In this document: positions 1 to 10,797 of the stretch, in pieces
Layout: every line of letters starts with the position of its first letter
Numbering within the stretch: position 1 is the stretch's first letter
Assembly: GCA_964228145.1 (NCBI GenBank)
Contig: CAXQZJ010000071.1
Location: forward strand, 12,898-76,897
Source: Alteromonadaceae bacterium
Lineage (GTDB): Bacteria; Pseudomonadota; Gammaproteobacteria; Enterobacterales; Alteromonadaceae
Direction: 5' to 3'
DNA length: 64,000 bases
The notes under the pieces: generated by a model
Seen by the model: the letters and a program-made list of their open reading frames with translations, nothing else
Told to the model about the DNA's origin: nothing
Databases searched by the model: none
Program-made: the position numbers and the translations under genes

Positions 1-854
1 TTTCCGTTGAGATTGTTGGAAATGACCAATTGTGGACGTAAATTGGTTAGTCCATTGCCGCGCGCGTCTGTGCTGCTGGCAAGAGCGAATTGCTGCTGAG
101 CAGTCTTATCTAAATTGATGGCGTCCAGCAACGCACGTCGACTACTATCCGCAACCACAACATTGGACTTTTGTGGTTGCTGGACCAGGGCGCTGATATC
201 CAGGGCTTGACGGCCCAACTGACTATTGAACAATTTCGTCGCTATCGGAGGCGACACCGGCAATGTCAATTGTTGATTGTCCCGGGATAAGCTGACGACC
301 CAGCCTTGAGGCGAAGTTGTCAAAGTCAGTTGTGCAGGGCCCGGCGAAATTAACGCTTGTGTGCGTTGTAAAGGCAAGGCGATATGCTGACCCGCTAATT
401 TAATCTCAATGGCATTTTGTTGTTGACCGATCACATCCACCGAAGTGCGCACAGGAACAAATCCGTTGGGACTGGCAGCCATTACTTTTTCCAGCAGCGA
501 TGGCAGGTTACTGAGGTTGGCCTGAGTTGTAGTGACAGGTATGTGCTGGGCAATCGTTATTTGGGTTTTGCCTGGATTGAACAAAACATCGACAACGGCT
601 TTGTCAGGTAGTTGATGTTTACCTTGTTGCAAAGGCATGTCGATAAAGGTCGGTTTCGTCAGCCCATCGCCCAACGGAGGAGCTTCTTTTGTTGATAGAG
701 GGTTAAGTGGTGTTATGCGCAGTATTTGTTGCTGGGTAAAGGTTTCAATGTACGCCTTTATCGCTGCGTGTTCAGGCACAGCTTGCTTGCCCGTTTGGGC
801 AACGTCAGCGGACGGGCTGATTGTGGTGGCATCGACCGGTGGTAGATTTTGCAT
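1..854 (-). CDS. 5' part of a long Q/P/L-rich protein running off the window edge, possibly flagellar hook-length control protein FliK-like
   Basis: My translation of the minus strand is open from ATG at 854 (MQNLPPVDATTISPSADVAQ...) to the window edge; absent from the ORF track because no stop lies in the window. FliK-like call rests only on composition and on recalled synteny divergent from ccmA; no diagnostic domain is visible here. Confidence 0.5.
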   Translation of the reverse strand, partial: MQNLPPVDATTISPSADVAQTGKQAVPEHAAIKAYIETFTQQQILRITPLNPLSTKEAPPLGDGLTKPTFIDMPLQQGKHQLPDKAVVDVLFNPGKTQITIAQHIPVTTTQANLSNLPSLLEKVMAASPNGFVPVRTSVDVIGQQQNAIEIKLAGQHIALPLQRTQALISPGPAQLTLTTSPQGWVVSLSRDNQQLTLPVSPPIATKLFNSQLGRQALDISALVQQPQKSNVVVADSSRRALLDAINLDKTAQQQFALASSTDARGNGLTNLRPQLVISNNLNG

Positions 855-1021
855 ACTATTATATCGGCGAAACGTTGAAATGATTAAACCTCAAACTAAT
901 GATTTAATAAAGCGATTGATTCAGCTCAGTTTTCAATAAGATTGTCGATTTGTAAGGTCTGTAAGCGCGCTGGGATTATGCTATCATTCGCGCCAATTTT
1001 GCCATCTGAGAAGTTTCGCTT

Positions 1022-1642
1022 TTGAATAGTCTGCGGGCTGAAGCCCTGGTATGTATTAAAAATGACAGACAGCTATTTGGGCCACTGACCTTCAGTGTCC
1101 CGGCTGGCGCTATTTTATATGTGCGCGGACCAAATGGGGCGGGCAAAACCTCGTTGCTGAGGATTTTGGCGGGCATCGCGCAGACCACCGAGGGTGGGGT
1201 CTATTTTAATGACCAAAATATAGCGCGTCATTCACTGTATAGCAGTGAGTTAAATTATATCGGTCATATCAGCGCTAATAACCTTCGTCTCTCGGCACTG
1301 GAGAATCTCAATGCCTGGTGCGCGTTGCAGCAAGTTTCACCGATTCCGGATTTGTATGGTTTGCTCGCTAAACTCGGGCTGACAGGCTTAGAAGACTTGC
1401 CGGTAGTACAACTTTCAGCCGGGCAACAGCGCCGTGTTGCATTGGCTCGTTTGTGGCTTAAGCCCAGTGCCGTTTGGATTTTAGATGAACCCTATACGGC
1501 ACTGGATGTTGAGGCGATAAAGTTATTGGAAGAGTATATAGCACAGCATGCTGCCCAAGGCGGTATTGTTGTGATGACGTCACATCAACCCCCTTCTGCG
1601 AAACTTGACGTTAATCAATTGACGCTGGAGTACCAATGGTAG
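1022..1642 (+). CDS. ccmA: Heme ABC exporter ATP-binding protein CcmA
   Basis: Walker A GPNGAGKT, signature LSAGQQRRVALARL, WILDEP; first gene of the ccm operon; TTG start. Confidence 0.95.
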   Translation: MNSLRAEALVCIKNDRQLFGPLTFSVPAGAILYVRGPNGAGKTSLLRILAGIAQTTEGGVYFNDQNIARHSLYSSELNYIGHISANNLRLSALENLNAWCALQQVSPIPDLYGLLAKLGLTGLEDLPVVQLSAGQQRRVALARLWLKPSAVWILDEPYTALDVEAIKLLEEYIAQHAAQGGIVVMTSHQPPSAKLDVNQLTLEYQW

Positions 1643-2307
1643 TTAGTGGTTTTGTCGCTCAGTGCCAGCGGGATTTATTACTCGCCTTCCGTCAACGCTC
1701 AGAAGTGTTACAACCTTTACTGTTTTTCGTTTTGATTATCAGTCTGTTCCCCCTTGGGGTCGGACCCGGCCCGCAAATTTTGCAGAAAATTGGTCCTGGC
1801 ATAGTCTGGGTGGCGGCCTTGTTGTCCGCTATGCTTGGCCTTGAGCGTATGTTCAGAGACGATTTTAACGACGGGTATTTAGAACAGATGCTGTTGTCAC
1901 CCACACCACTGCCAGTGTTAGTCATGGCCAAGGTTGTTAGTCACTGGATAGTGAGCATTTTACCGCTCATTATCGTATCCCCTTTGTTGGCGTTATTTTT
2001 GAATTTAACCTCTGGCATGTTGCAGGCGTTGGTTCTCACTTTGTTACTTGGCACTCCTGTTGTGAGCTTACTCGGTGCAATCGGGGTTGGCTTGACGGTC
2101 AGCGTGCAACGGGGGGGGGTGCTGATTAGCTTATTGTTATTGCCGATTTTGGTACCCTTGCTGATTGTCGCAACGGCTGCGGTGGATGCCGCGACCGTGC
2201 AATTACCTTATCAAGGTCAGATATTGATACTGGCTGCATTGTTATTATTATCGCTAGCGCTGGCGCCCGTTGCCGCCGCTTACGCGTTAAAGGTGAGTTT
2301 AGAATAA
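1636..2307 (+). CDS. ccmB: Heme exporter protein CcmB
   Basis: Hydrophobic; LFPLGVGP, WVAALL, ERMFRDDFNDGYLEQ motifs; overlaps ccmA. Confidence 0.95.
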   Translation: MVVSGFVAQCQRDLLLAFRQRSEVLQPLLFFVLIISLFPLGVGPGPQILQKIGPGIVWVAALLSAMLGLERMFRDDFNDGYLEQMLLSPTPLPVLVMAKVVSHWIVSILPLIIVSPLLALFLNLTSGMLQALVLTLLLGTPVVSLLGAIGVGLTVSVQRGGVLISLLLLPILVPLLIVATAAVDAATVQLPYQGQILILAALLLLSLALAPVAAAYALKVSLE

Positions 2308-3056
2308 TGTGGAAATGGTTACACCCTTACGCCAAAACAGAACAAACCTATTTATTGTGTGGGCGTTTGTTACCCTGGTTTTCGGTTTTAGGCTTGCTGT
2401 TGATTGTCACAGGCTCGGTGTGGGGCTTGGTTTTTTCTCCTGCGGATTATCAACAGGGTGACTCTGCCCGAATTATGTACATTCATGTGCCAACGGCGAT
2501 TTTGTCCATGAGTACCTATGCTGCGATGGCGATCGCAGCGGTTATTGGTTTGGTATGGCAAATCCGCACCTGCGATATGGCGGTAGCTGCGATCGCGCCA
2601 GTGGGCGCCGTAATTACGGCATTGGCCCTGTTTACCGGCGCGGCATGGGGCAAGCCGATGTGGGGCACATGGTGGGTTTGGGATGCGCGTTTGACCTCTG
2701 AACTCATCTTACTGTTTATGTACTTGGGGGTACTGGCTTTGTACAGTAGCTTTGATGATAAGCAAAAAGGCGGGCGCGCTGCTGGGCTGCTGGCCATAGT
2801 CGGCGTAATCAATTTGCCGATTATTCATTTCTCAGTGGAGTGGTGGAACACCCTGCATCAGGGCGCATCTATCACCAAGTTCGACAAGCCGAGCATCGCC
2901 AATGAGATGTTATGGCCGCTGCTGATTAATTTAGTCGGTCTGGCCTTTATCATTGGCGCATTGGTTTTATTGTCATTGCGAAATGAGATACTGCGCCGCG
3001 AAATTAAACGGCCCTGGGTAGGTAAGTTGACTGGGGAGCAAAATAATGCAATTTGA
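2307..3056 (+). CDS. ccmC: Heme exporter protein CcmC
   Basis: WWD domain WGKPMWGTWWVWDARLTSEL, IHVP and TLHQ His ligands. Confidence 0.97.
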   Translation: MWKWLHPYAKTEQTYLLCGRLLPWFSVLGLLLIVTGSVWGLVFSPADYQQGDSARIMYIHVPTAILSMSTYAAMAIAAVIGLVWQIRTCDMAVAAIAPVGAVITALALFTGAAWGKPMWGTWWVWDARLTSELILLFMYLGVLALYSSFDDKQKGGRAAGLLAIVGVINLPIIHFSVEWWNTLHQGASITKFDKPSIANEMLWPLLINLVGLAFIIGALVLLSLRNEILRREIKRPWVGKLTGEQNNAI

Positions 3057-3252
3057 TTCTTGGCAAGCGTTTTGGGATATGGGGGGCTATGGGCTATTCG
3101 TGTGGCTTTCCTATGGAGCATTTATCGTCTCCCTGATTGGACTATGGGCGATTTTCAAAATTCACAGACGCAGCATTTTTAAACAGATTGATGTCGAAAA
3201 AAGACGGCGTGAACGTATTGCAGCAGCAAAGGCAGGAACTAATCAACCATGA
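3046..3252 (+). CDS. ccmD: Heme exporter protein CcmD
   Basis: [24 protein letters not shown], one TM helix and basic tail, between ccmC and ccmE. Confidence 0.93.
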   Translation: MQFDSWQAFWDMGGYGLFVWLSYGAFIVSLIGLWAIFKIHRRSIFKQIDVEKRRRERIAAAKAGTNQP

Positions 3253-3713
3253 ATCCGCGAAGAAAAAACCGTCTAATGGGCGTAGTTGCCATTCTCGTTT
3301 TACTCAGTGGTGCGGTGTATTTAATCGCCCAGGCTTTGGGCGAAAATATGGACTTGTTTCTTACTCCCAGTGAAGTGATAGACGGCAAGGATGGCCAGAA
3401 GCCCGTTATAGGTCAACGATTACGTATCGGCGGAATGGTCATTCCCGGCACGGTGGAGCGGGCTGAGGACTCTTTGCTAGTACGCTTTTCCTTGACCGAC
3501 ACTGGCCCTGTGGTCAAGGTAGCCTATGAAGGATTGTTGCCAGACTTATTCCGAGAAGGTCAGGGCATTGTAGTCACCGGCACCTTGCAGGAGGCGAACC
3601 TGCTGGTGGCGGATGAGGTGTTGGCGAAGCACGACGAAGAATACATGCCATCGGAATTAGCTGAAAAGCTCAAAGGCATCAAGCATGTCAAGCCTCAGGA
3701 CGCGACGTATTAG
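3249..3713 (+). CDS. ccmE: Heme chaperone CcmE
   Basis: MNPRRKNRL start, [20 protein letters not shown] heme-binding motif. Confidence 0.97.
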   Translation: MNPRRKNRLMGVVAILVLLSGAVYLIAQALGENMDLFLTPSEVIDGKDGQKPVIGQRLRIGGMVIPGTVERAEDSLLVRFSLTDTGPVVKVAYEGLLPDLFREGQGIVVTGTLQEANLLVADEVLAKHDEEYMPSELAEKLKGIKHVKPQDATY

Positions 3714-3721
3714 GAGCAGTC

Positions 3722-5710
3722 ATGTTTGCAGAACTCGGCCATATTAGCCTAGCAATAGCGCTTTTTTTCTCATTATTATTGGGGGTTTACGCTTTGTGGG
3801 GAGCTCACAAAGGCGACCTCAAGATGATGGCGATGTCGCGGCCGCTGGCTGTCGCCATGTTTTCGTTTACCTTGATCTCCTACGCCGTGTTGACTCAGGC
3901 GTTTCTGGAAAATGACTTCAGCCTTTCCTATGTAGCACAGAACTCCAATACCTTGTTACCTTGGTATTATCGCGTCACTGCCGTGTGGGGAGGCCATGAA
4001 GGGTCTTTCCTGTTGTGGTTGTTAATGTTGTCCGGCTGGACCTTGGCTGTGGCAGCATTCAGCCGTGCCATGCCGCTGATAATGGTTTCCCGGGTACTGG
4101 GTATTCTTGGCCTGGTGTCGCTGAGTTTTTACCTGTACGTATTAATTGCGTCGAATCCGTTTGAACGTTTACTGCCTTTTTATCCGGTCGATGGCCGCGA
4201 TCTCAATCCACTGTTACAAGACATAGGGATGATAATTCATCCACCCATGCTGTATATGGGCTACGTCGGTTTTGCGGTGGTATTTGCATTGGCCGTGGCT
4301 GCGCTATTAAGTGGCCGATTAGACTCTGCCTGGGCGCGCTGGGCAAGACCATGGGCGTTGGCCGCTTGGGTGTCTTTGACCATAGGGATTATGCTTGGCA
4401 GCTGGTGGGCATACTATGAGCTTGGTTGGGGAGGTTGGTGGTTCTGGGACCCGGTGGAAAACGCTTCATTCATGCCTTGGCTTGTGGGCACAGCCCTGAT
4501 TCATTCACTGGCGGTTACTGAAAAACGTAAACTATTTAAATCCTGGACTGTATTACTAGCAATCTCAGCATTCTCATTAAGCTTGTTGGGAACCTTTATT
4601 GTGCGTTCCGGGATCATTGTTTCAGTGCATTCGTTTGCCAGCGATCCTACCCGTGGTTTATTTATTCTCGCCATCTTGGGCGCGACCATAGGCTGCTCTT
4701 TGTTGTTATTTGCGCTGCGGGCAGCACAACTGCGCAGTGTTAGCCGCTATCAACTGGTCAGTCGTGAAGTGATGTTGATGGGCAACAACGTTTTCCTTAC
4801 CGCAGCCACGCTGGTTGTGTTGTTGGGAACCTTACTGCCCCTAGTACACAAAGAACTTGGCCTGGGTAGTATCTCTATTGGAGCTCCGTTTTTTAACCAG
4901 CTTTTTAGTTATATGATCATCCCGTTCGTGGTGTTAATGGTGCTAGGACCCTTGTCTCGTTGGAAAAATCAGTCGTTAGCTGCACTTCGAAATCAATTAG
5001 GGTTGGGGCTGGTATTAGCAGCCTGTGGCGCCTTGTTGATAAATTGGCAATACGCAACGATTGCGATGTGGGCATACGTCGGAAGTCTGTTGGCGATATG
5101 GGTAGTGGTAACCACGATTCAGGAGATTATTGGGCAATTTCCTGAACACACGCTCAGCGGCAAACTGCGTAATATGACGCCGAGCCATTGGGGTATGGTT
5201 ACCGGCCACCTAGGGTTTGCCGTTTGTCTTATGGGTATCGCATTGACCAGCCAGTATAGCGTTGAAAAAGACGTACGGATGGCGATCGGTGAATCAGCTG
5301 CCTTAGCCGGTTATGAATTCAGGCTCGATAGCGTGGAGGAATTGACCGGGCCTAACTATCGTGGAGAAGTGGCGATGGTGAGCGCTTTCGAGCGGGGGCA
5401 ATTGATTGCGCAAATGGCGGCAGAAAAGCGCTTTTATGTAGTTCAACGTAATATGATGACCGAAGCTGCGGTCGATCCCGGTCTTTGGCGCGATTTATTT
5501 GTCGCCTTAGGCGAGCAACTCCCGAATGGTGATTGGGGAGTTCGATTGTATGTTAAGCCGTTTATACGCTGGATTTGGGCCGGAGCCTTGCTGATGGCGT
5601 TAGGTGGTGGCTTATCAATGGCTGATAAACGTTATCGCACCTACCAGCGAGCTCGCCAACAAGTTCACCAAACCAAAGGTAAGGATAATCTAGCGGAGGG
5701 AGTGCGCTAA
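3722..5710 (+). CDS. ccmF: Cytochrome c heme lyase subunit CcmF
   Basis: WGGHEGS, HPPMLY, WAYYELGWGGWWFWDPVENAS, SVHSFA motifs. Confidence 0.97.
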   Translation: MFAELGHISLAIALFFSLLLGVYALWGAHKGDLKMMAMSRPLAVAMFSFTLISYAVLTQAFLENDFSLSYVAQNSNTLLPWYYRVTAVWGGHEGSFLLWLLMLSGWTLAVAAFSRAMPLIMVSRVLGILGLVSLSFYLYVLIASNPFERLLPFYPVDGRDLNPLLQDIGMIIHPPMLYMGYVGFAVVFALAVAALLSGRLDSAWARWARPWALAAWVSLTIGIMLGSWWAYYELGWGGWWFWDPVENASFMPWLVGTALIHSLAVTEKRKLFKSWTVLLAISAFSLSLLGTFIVRSGIIVSVHSFASDPTRGLFILAILGATIGCSLLLFALRAAQLRSVSRYQLVSREVMLMGNNVFLTAATLVVLLGTLLPLVHKELGLGSISIGAPFFNQLFSYMIIPFVVLMVLGPLSRWKNQSLAALRNQLGLGLVLAACGALLINWQYATIAMWAYVGSLLAIWVVVTTIQEIIGQFPEHTLSGKLRNMTPSHWGMVTGHLGFAVCLMGIALTSQYSVEKDVRMAIGESAALAGYEFRLDSVEELTGPNYRGEVAMVSAFERGQLIAQMAAEKRFYVVQRNMMTEAAVDPGLWRDLFVALGEQLPNGDWGVRLYVKPFIRWIWAGALLMALGGGLSMADKRYRTYQRARQQVHQTKGKDNLAEGVR

Positions 5711-6282
5711 TGCGGTCTAAATGGATGCTGATATTGCCCTTGGTGGCGTTTTTGAGTTTAAGTGTTTTTCTGTTTAGCGGCTTATTTTCCGAAGCGTCAT
5801 ACACTAACCAATCGTTAGTAGCCCGTCCTTTGCCGACGCTGCAGTTAAGTGACGTAATGGACCCTGCCAAAGCCTACACAGTTGACGATTTCAAGGGCCG
5901 GGTAACGCTCCTCAATGTCTGGGGCGTATGGTGCATCACTTGTGATGTGGAGTTGCCGTTTTTAACCGAGTTGTCCCAACAAGGTGTGCGCATTGTTGGT
6001 TTGTATGTACCGCTCAATACAGATGCTGACTTCGGCATTAAACCTTTGGCTCAGATCCAGCAGGAAATTACCGCCAAGGTCGCGCGCTTGGGTAATCCCT
6101 ATGAGTTTAATATGTTTGACGCGCAGCGGGACTATTCCCTTGACCTTGGGGTGACAGGCGCACCGGAAACCTTCTTGATTGATAAGCAGGGGGTCATTCG
6201 CCTTCACCATATTGGTGATGTTAACCCGCAAAATTGGCAAGCTAAGTTTGCCGCCTTGTACCAGGAGTTGTTAGCACAATGA
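5710..6282 (+). CDS. ccmG: Periplasmic thiol:disulfide oxidoreductase CcmG/DsbE
   Basis: N-terminal TM helix, WCITC CXXC motif, LGVTGAPETFLID. Confidence 0.92.
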   Translation: MRSKWMLILPLVAFLSLSVFLFSGLFSEASYTNQSLVARPLPTLQLSDVMDPAKAYTVDDFKGRVTLLNVWGVWCITCDVELPFLTELSQQGVRIVGLYVPLNTDADFGIKPLAQIQQEITAKVARLGNPYEFNMFDAQRDYSLDLGVTGAPETFLIDKQGVIRLHHIGDVNPQNWQAKFAALYQELLAQ

Positions 6283-6713
6283 GGGCGTTAATTTTGTTTA
6301 TCGGGCTGTCGCTGAGCACGACTGTGTTTGCCAGTGAAGATACCTGGAAGTTTGAGCATGCCGAACAGCAGAAGTTGTTTACTCAGCTCAATCAGGAGTT
6401 GCGTTGTCCTCGTTGTCAAAATCAGAGCATAGGTGGTTCGGATGCGCCGGTTGCCAAAGACATGCAACGCAAAACCTATCAGCTGATTATGCAAGGTAAA
6501 GATCGCGATGAAATTGTGGCATTTATGAAGCAGCGGTACGGTGATTTTGTCCACTATCAACCCCCGCTGACACCCCTGACCCTGTTCCTGTGGATTGCGC
6601 CATTTTGCGTTGTGTTGATCGGAGGGGGCATGTTGTTGAAAAAAAATAAGCCCCAAAGCGTAGCATCAGATGACGTCGAAAAAGCCAGACGCTTGTTGGA
6701 AGGTGAGCAATGA
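6279..6713 (+). CDS. ccmH: Cytochrome c biogenesis protein CcmH
   Basis: LRCPRCQNQSI, RYGDFVHYQPP and C-terminal TM helix. Confidence 0.94.
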   Translation: MRALILFIGLSLSTTVFASEDTWKFEHAEQQKLFTQLNQELRCPRCQNQSIGGSDAPVAKDMQRKTYQLIMQGKDRDEIVAFMKQRYGDFVHYQPPLTPLTLFLWIAPFCVVLIGGGMLLKKNKPQSVASDDVEKARRLLEGEQ

Positions 6714-7927
6714 CTTGGTTTTACCTGGCGGTCCTGGTGCTGCTGATTTTTGCCTTTAGCTTTGTTTTGATCCCGTCAATACGAGGGCGTAAACATGATG
6801 TGGATGACACGCCAATCAATGACCTCAACGTCAAACTTGCTCGTCAGCGGCTTGCTGAGTTGCAGCAAGAACGCTCAGCTGGGGTGTTGAGCGACGAGGA
6901 CTATAAGCAGGCGGAACAAGAACTGACCATGGCGTTGGCAACTGAACTGCGTCAGCAACATGTGTCGACAACCTCTTCGTCCAGTGCTTTGTGGCTCTCG
7001 GCATTGTTTGCGTTATCTGTCAGCGGTGTCGTGTATTGGCAAGCCAGTGGGATTGGAAAAGTAACAGAGTGGCATCAGGCTTATAATAATTTACAGCCAT
7101 TGGCGAGAAAAATTCTGATTGATCAAGATCCCACCGCCACAGAACAAGAATACATGCAGTTAATTCTGGCTATGCGCACTCAAGTGCATAAAAACCCCCA
7201 ACAATGGGAAGGTTGGTTATCACTTGGCAAGCTTTATGGTGCATTGGGTTATGCTGAACAAGCGATAGAGGCGCTAACCAAAGCGCTGGAGTTAAAGCCA
7301 TCGCAGGTTGATGTCCAATACGCGTTGGCAGAAGCGATTATCGCCAGTGAACAGCAGCAGCAATATCGGTTTGCCGCCGCGCTGTTACAGCGTGTCCAAG
7401 AGCAGCAGCCGCAAAACCTTAACGCCAAGGTGTTGTATGCGTTGTTGGGTGAAAAAACCGCGGACAGTGACGAGGTTGTTCGCCGTTGGCAACAAGTCGC
7501 GGAATTGCTAGACCCAAGCAGTGACGCCTATGCGGGTTTGCAGGCGAAAATTCGTGATTTACAAGGGCTGGGTACCCGATTGGTGGTAAATTTTTCTGTC
7601 GCACCGAGATTACAGTCCTTGATACCGGATAACGCCACCTTGTTTGTGCTGGCTAAAAGTGCCCAAGGTGGGCCGCCAATGCCTGCAGCTGTCATTAAAA
7701 CTCAGTACGATCCAGCCATGAGGCAGGTCGTGTTAACTGAGCAAGATGCGATGCTGGCGGACTACACGTTGAGTGCGCTGCAACAGGCTCAGGTAATCGT
7801 CAGAATATCGGCTTCAGGACAAGCAGCGAAACAGGATGGCGACATCGAAGGTATAGCAAACCTTACTCTCTCACCGGGAACTACTCAAAGCGTGAATATT
7901 GAAATAAATACCGAGGTCAGTCAGTGA
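6710..7927 (+). CDS. ccmI: Cytochrome c biogenesis protein CcmI (TPR)
   Basis: N-terminal TM, RLAELQQE, TPR-like WEGWLSLGKLY, C-terminal GPPMPAAV domain. Confidence 0.88.
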   Translation: MTWFYLAVLVLLIFAFSFVLIPSIRGRKHDVDDTPINDLNVKLARQRLAELQQERSAGVLSDEDYKQAEQELTMALATELRQQHVSTTSSSSALWLSALFALSVSGVVYWQASGIGKVTEWHQAYNNLQPLARKILIDQDPTATEQEYMQLILAMRTQVHKNPQQWEGWLSLGKLYGALGYAEQAIEALTKALELKPSQVDVQYALAEAIIASEQQQQYRFAAALLQRVQEQQPQNLNAKVLYALLGEKTADSDEVVRRWQQVAELLDPSSDAYAGLQAKIRDLQGLGTRLVVNFSVAPRLQSLIPDNATLFVLAKSAQGGPPMPAAVIKTQYDPAMRQVVLTEQDAMLADYTLSALQQAQVIVRISASGQAAKQDGDIEGIANLTLSPGTTQSVNIEINTEVSQ

Positions 7928-8676
7928 AATTTTTAAGACGAGTTTTTATCCTCTGCGCGGCAGCAGTATTAGCCGCATGTGCGTCATCTGAGCAAGCACT
8001 GAAGCCACACCATGGCCCGGATCCGTTTGAATCAGTTAATCGAGATATCTGGGACTTCAACTGGGACATCCTCGATGAGCATATTGTTCGTCCTTTGACT
8101 GTGACCTACGTTGAATATATGCCAGCGCCTGCGCGCAAGGGCTTATATAACGCAGCGTTAAACCTGGAGGAGCCCGCCAGTGCGGTAAATAATTTACTGC
8201 AGGGAAAATTTGGTGATTCCGCTACCAGCGTAGGTCGCTTTGTGATTAACAGCACCCTGGGTGTATTTGGTTTGTTTGACGTGGCCGAAAGTATGTCGCT
8301 GAGCAGGAAGGATGAGGAATTTGGCGAAACACTGGGTGTTTGGGGCGTGGGTACCGGGCCTTTCCTGATGATACCGGCAATGGGACCGAATGATCCACGC
8401 AACTTGACCGGTGATGTGGTAGACGGATCATACTTTCCGTTAGCAGATTTGAATGGCTATGTAACGATCCTCACTACTGCCATTAAAGCGATTGAATTAC
8501 GCGCAAATCTCATGGAACAAGAGCAACTGATAGAACAATCGGTTGACCCCTACGCTATGGTGAAAGATATTTATTTCCAACAGCAGGCTTTTAAAGTCAG
8601 TGATGGTAAAGTAGAACGCACAGAGCAAGAAAAAGCGCTTGATGAAGACATCGACGCCTACCTGGATGATTTATAA
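7924..8676 (+). CDS. mlaA: MlaA/VacJ lipoprotein
   Basis: Lipobox LAAC; DPFESVNR, RFVINSTLGVFGLFDVA, EEFGETLGVWGVGTGPFL. Confidence 0.95.
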   Translation: MKFLRRVFILCAAAVLAACASSEQALKPHHGPDPFESVNRDIWDFNWDILDEHIVRPLTVTYVEYMPAPARKGLYNAALNLEEPASAVNNLLQGKFGDSATSVGRFVINSTLGVFGLFDVAESMSLSRKDEEFGETLGVWGVGTGPFLMIPAMGPNDPRNLTGDVVDGSYFPLADLNGYVTILTTAIKAIELRANLMEQEQLIEQSVDPYAMVKDIYFQQQAFKVSDGKVERTEQEKALDEDIDAYLDDL

Positions 8677-8685
8677 GGACTGGTC

Positions 8686-9702
8686 ATGGACGCATTTGAA
8701 CGATTACAACAGCAGCTGGAAAACCAACAAGCAACGTGGCTGGTGACAGGTGTAGCAGGATTTATCGGCTCTAATTTGTTAGAAGCCTTATTAAAATTGA
8801 ATCAAAAGGTTGTGGGATTAGATAATTTCGCGACCGGTCATCAGAAGAACCTGGATGAGGTTAAAGGATTAGTCAATCCACAACAATGGCAGAATTTTAG
8901 CTTTATTGAAGGCGACATTCGCGACCTGGAAGTATGCCAGCAGGCTTGCCAGGGTGTGACCTATGTACTGCATCAGGCTGCACTCGGTTCCGTTCCTCGT
9001 TCTTTGGCCGATCCGATTACCTCTAATGCAGCAAACATCTCTGGTTTCTTGAATATGTTGGTAGCAGCTCGTGATGCCGAGGTGTCTGCATTTGTATATG
9101 CGGCGTCCAGCTCAACCTATGGCGATCATCCAGCGCTGCCTAAAGTAGAACCGAACATTGGAAATCCGCTCTCGCCTTACGCGGTGACTAAGTACGTAAA
9201 CGAACTTTATGCTGACGTCTTCTCTCGCAGCTACGGGTTCCACTGCGCTGGCTTGCGTTACTTCAACGTGTTCGGGCGGCGTCAGGATCCCAATGGCGCC
9301 TATGCCGCGGTGATTCCCAAGTGGACGGCGGCGATGAACCAAGGTGAAGACGTTTTTATTAACGGTGACGGCGAAACAAGCCGCGATTTTTGCTTTATTG
9401 AAAATGTTATCCAAGCAAACTTATTGGCGGCCACTACTGGCTTTGAACAGTCACAGGTATTTAATGTGGCAGTCGGCGACCGTACCACACTTAACGAACT
9501 GTTTGCGGCGATTAAGGCCGCGCTAAAAGAACAGGGCGTTGAATATGACAAAGAGCCGGTCTATCGGGATTTTCGAGCGGGTGATGTGCGCCATTCTCAG
9601 GCTGATGTGAGTAAAGCAAAAGATATATTGGGATATAACCCCCACTACCGGATTATGCAAGGCATATCGTTAACTATGCCTTGGTACATAAAAAACACTT
9701 AA
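8686..9702 (+). CDS. NAD-dependent UDP-N-acetylglucosamine(uronate) 4-epimerase, WbpP/TviC family
   Basis: [25 protein letters not shown] catalytic motif, [10 protein letters not shown]. Confidence 0.88.
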   Translation: MDAFERLQQQLENQQATWLVTGVAGFIGSNLLEALLKLNQKVVGLDNFATGHQKNLDEVKGLVNPQQWQNFSFIEGDIRDLEVCQQACQGVTYVLHQAALGSVPRSLADPITSNAANISGFLNMLVAARDAEVSAFVYAASSSTYGDHPALPKVEPNIGNPLSPYAVTKYVNELYADVFSRSYGFHCAGLRYFNVFGRRQDPNGAYAAVIPKWTAAMNQGEDVFINGDGETSRDFCFIENVIQANLLAATTGFEQSQVFNVAVGDRTTLNELFAAIKAALKEQGVEYDKEPVYRDFRAGDVRHSQADVSKAKDILGYNPHYRIMQGISLTMPWYIKNT

Positions 9703-9726
9703 AAAAAGCGCCTCAGGCGCTTTTTT
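9702..9726. terminator. Bidirectional intrinsic terminator between epimerase and folD
   Basis: A-tract, GCGCC-TCA-GGCGC stem-loop, T-tract between convergent genes. Confidence 0.8.
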
Positions 9727-10582
9727 ATTCTGAGTGGAATTTAACGTAGGCCTCAAGTGTATTTTCAATCAGGCTGGCCACTGTCATTGGACCCACGCCG
9801 CCGGGTACTGGGGTTATCCAACCGGCGATTTCACGGGCTCGCTCAAATTCAACATCACCCACTAAGCGACCATCGCTTTGACGATTAATACCGACATCGA
9901 TCACGATAGCACCGGGCTTTATCCAATCACCAGGGATAAACTCAGGTTTACCGACTGCCACTACCAGTAAATCTGCGTGTTTGACATGGAACTGTAAATC
10001 TTTAGTGAATTTATGACATACCGTTGTTGTACAACCGGCTAATAAAAGCTCAAGTGACATGGGACGGCCAACAATGTTTGATGCACCGATTACCACCGCA
10101 TTTAACCCTTTCATGGGCCGCTTGGTGGACTCAATCAGGGTCATAATACCCTTAGGTGTGCAGGGACGTAATACTGGCATACGCTCGGCCAGTCGGCCGA
10201 TATTATACGGGTGAAAGCCATCTACATCTTTGTGCGGATGAATGCGTTCCAGTATTTCGTCAGCATGGAGGCCGGCAGGAAGCGGTAATTGCACCAAAAT
10301 CCCATCGACCTCCGGGTCGTTATTTAACTCATCGATGACATCGAGCAATTGCTGTTGGCTGGTGTTAGCAGGTAAATCATATGAGCGAGATTGAAAGCCT
10401 ACTTCGTCACAGGCTTTGCGTTTACTACCGACGTAGACTTGCGAGGCTGGATCACTGCCGACCAATACCACTGCCAAGCCAGGTGGACGTTTACCGCTTT
10501 GCACGATTGACGTGACGTTTTCCTTTACAATATTTCGTACCCGTTGGGCGATTAGCTTTCCATCGATAAGTTGTGCTGGCAT
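9725..10582 (-). CDS. folD: Methylenetetrahydrofolate dehydrogenase/cyclohydrolase
   Basis: [35 protein letters not shown]. Confidence 0.98.
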   Translation of the reverse strand: MPAQLIDGKLIAQRVRNIVKENVTSIVQSGKRPPGLAVVLVGSDPASQVYVGSKRKACDEVGFQSRSYDLPANTSQQQLLDVIDELNNDPEVDGILVQLPLPAGLHADEILERIHPHKDVDGFHPYNIGRLAERMPVLRPCTPKGIMTLIESTKRPMKGLNAVVIGASNIVGRPMSLELLLAGCTTTVCHKFTKDLQFHVKHADLLVVAVGKPEFIPGDWIKPGAIVIDVGINRQSDGRLVGDVEFERAREIAGWITPVPGGVGPMTVASLIENTLEAYVKFHSE

Positions 10583-10728
10583 AGGTGTTTTTTCGCTGTG
10601 CTGGTGAAAAGGCTATTGTCCCATAGAAACTAAACAGGGGGCAATTGAGCTTTTATGTCCGAATTTGTTCGGGGTTTAATCGATTTGGGTGTTTTATGCT
10701 CACTTAGTAAATTTGCTCGAAAAAGTGT

Positions 10729-10767
10729 TTGACGGGCATAGGGCAAGTGGGTAATATTCGCGTCCCG
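10729..10767 (+). promoter_or_regulatory. Sigma70 promoter of the tRNA operon with GC-rich discriminator
   Basis: TTGACG-17 bp-TAATAT followed by TCGCGTCCCG, about 40 nt upstream of tRNA-Pro. Confidence 0.75.
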
Positions 10768-10797
10768 TAGCGGCAGGGCACTGTCGAAACAGTAAAT

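Noticed and set aside
417-939. Plus-strand ORFs 417..611 and 637..939
   Set aside because: Antisense to the long open minus-strand frame starting at 854; no recognisable motifs.
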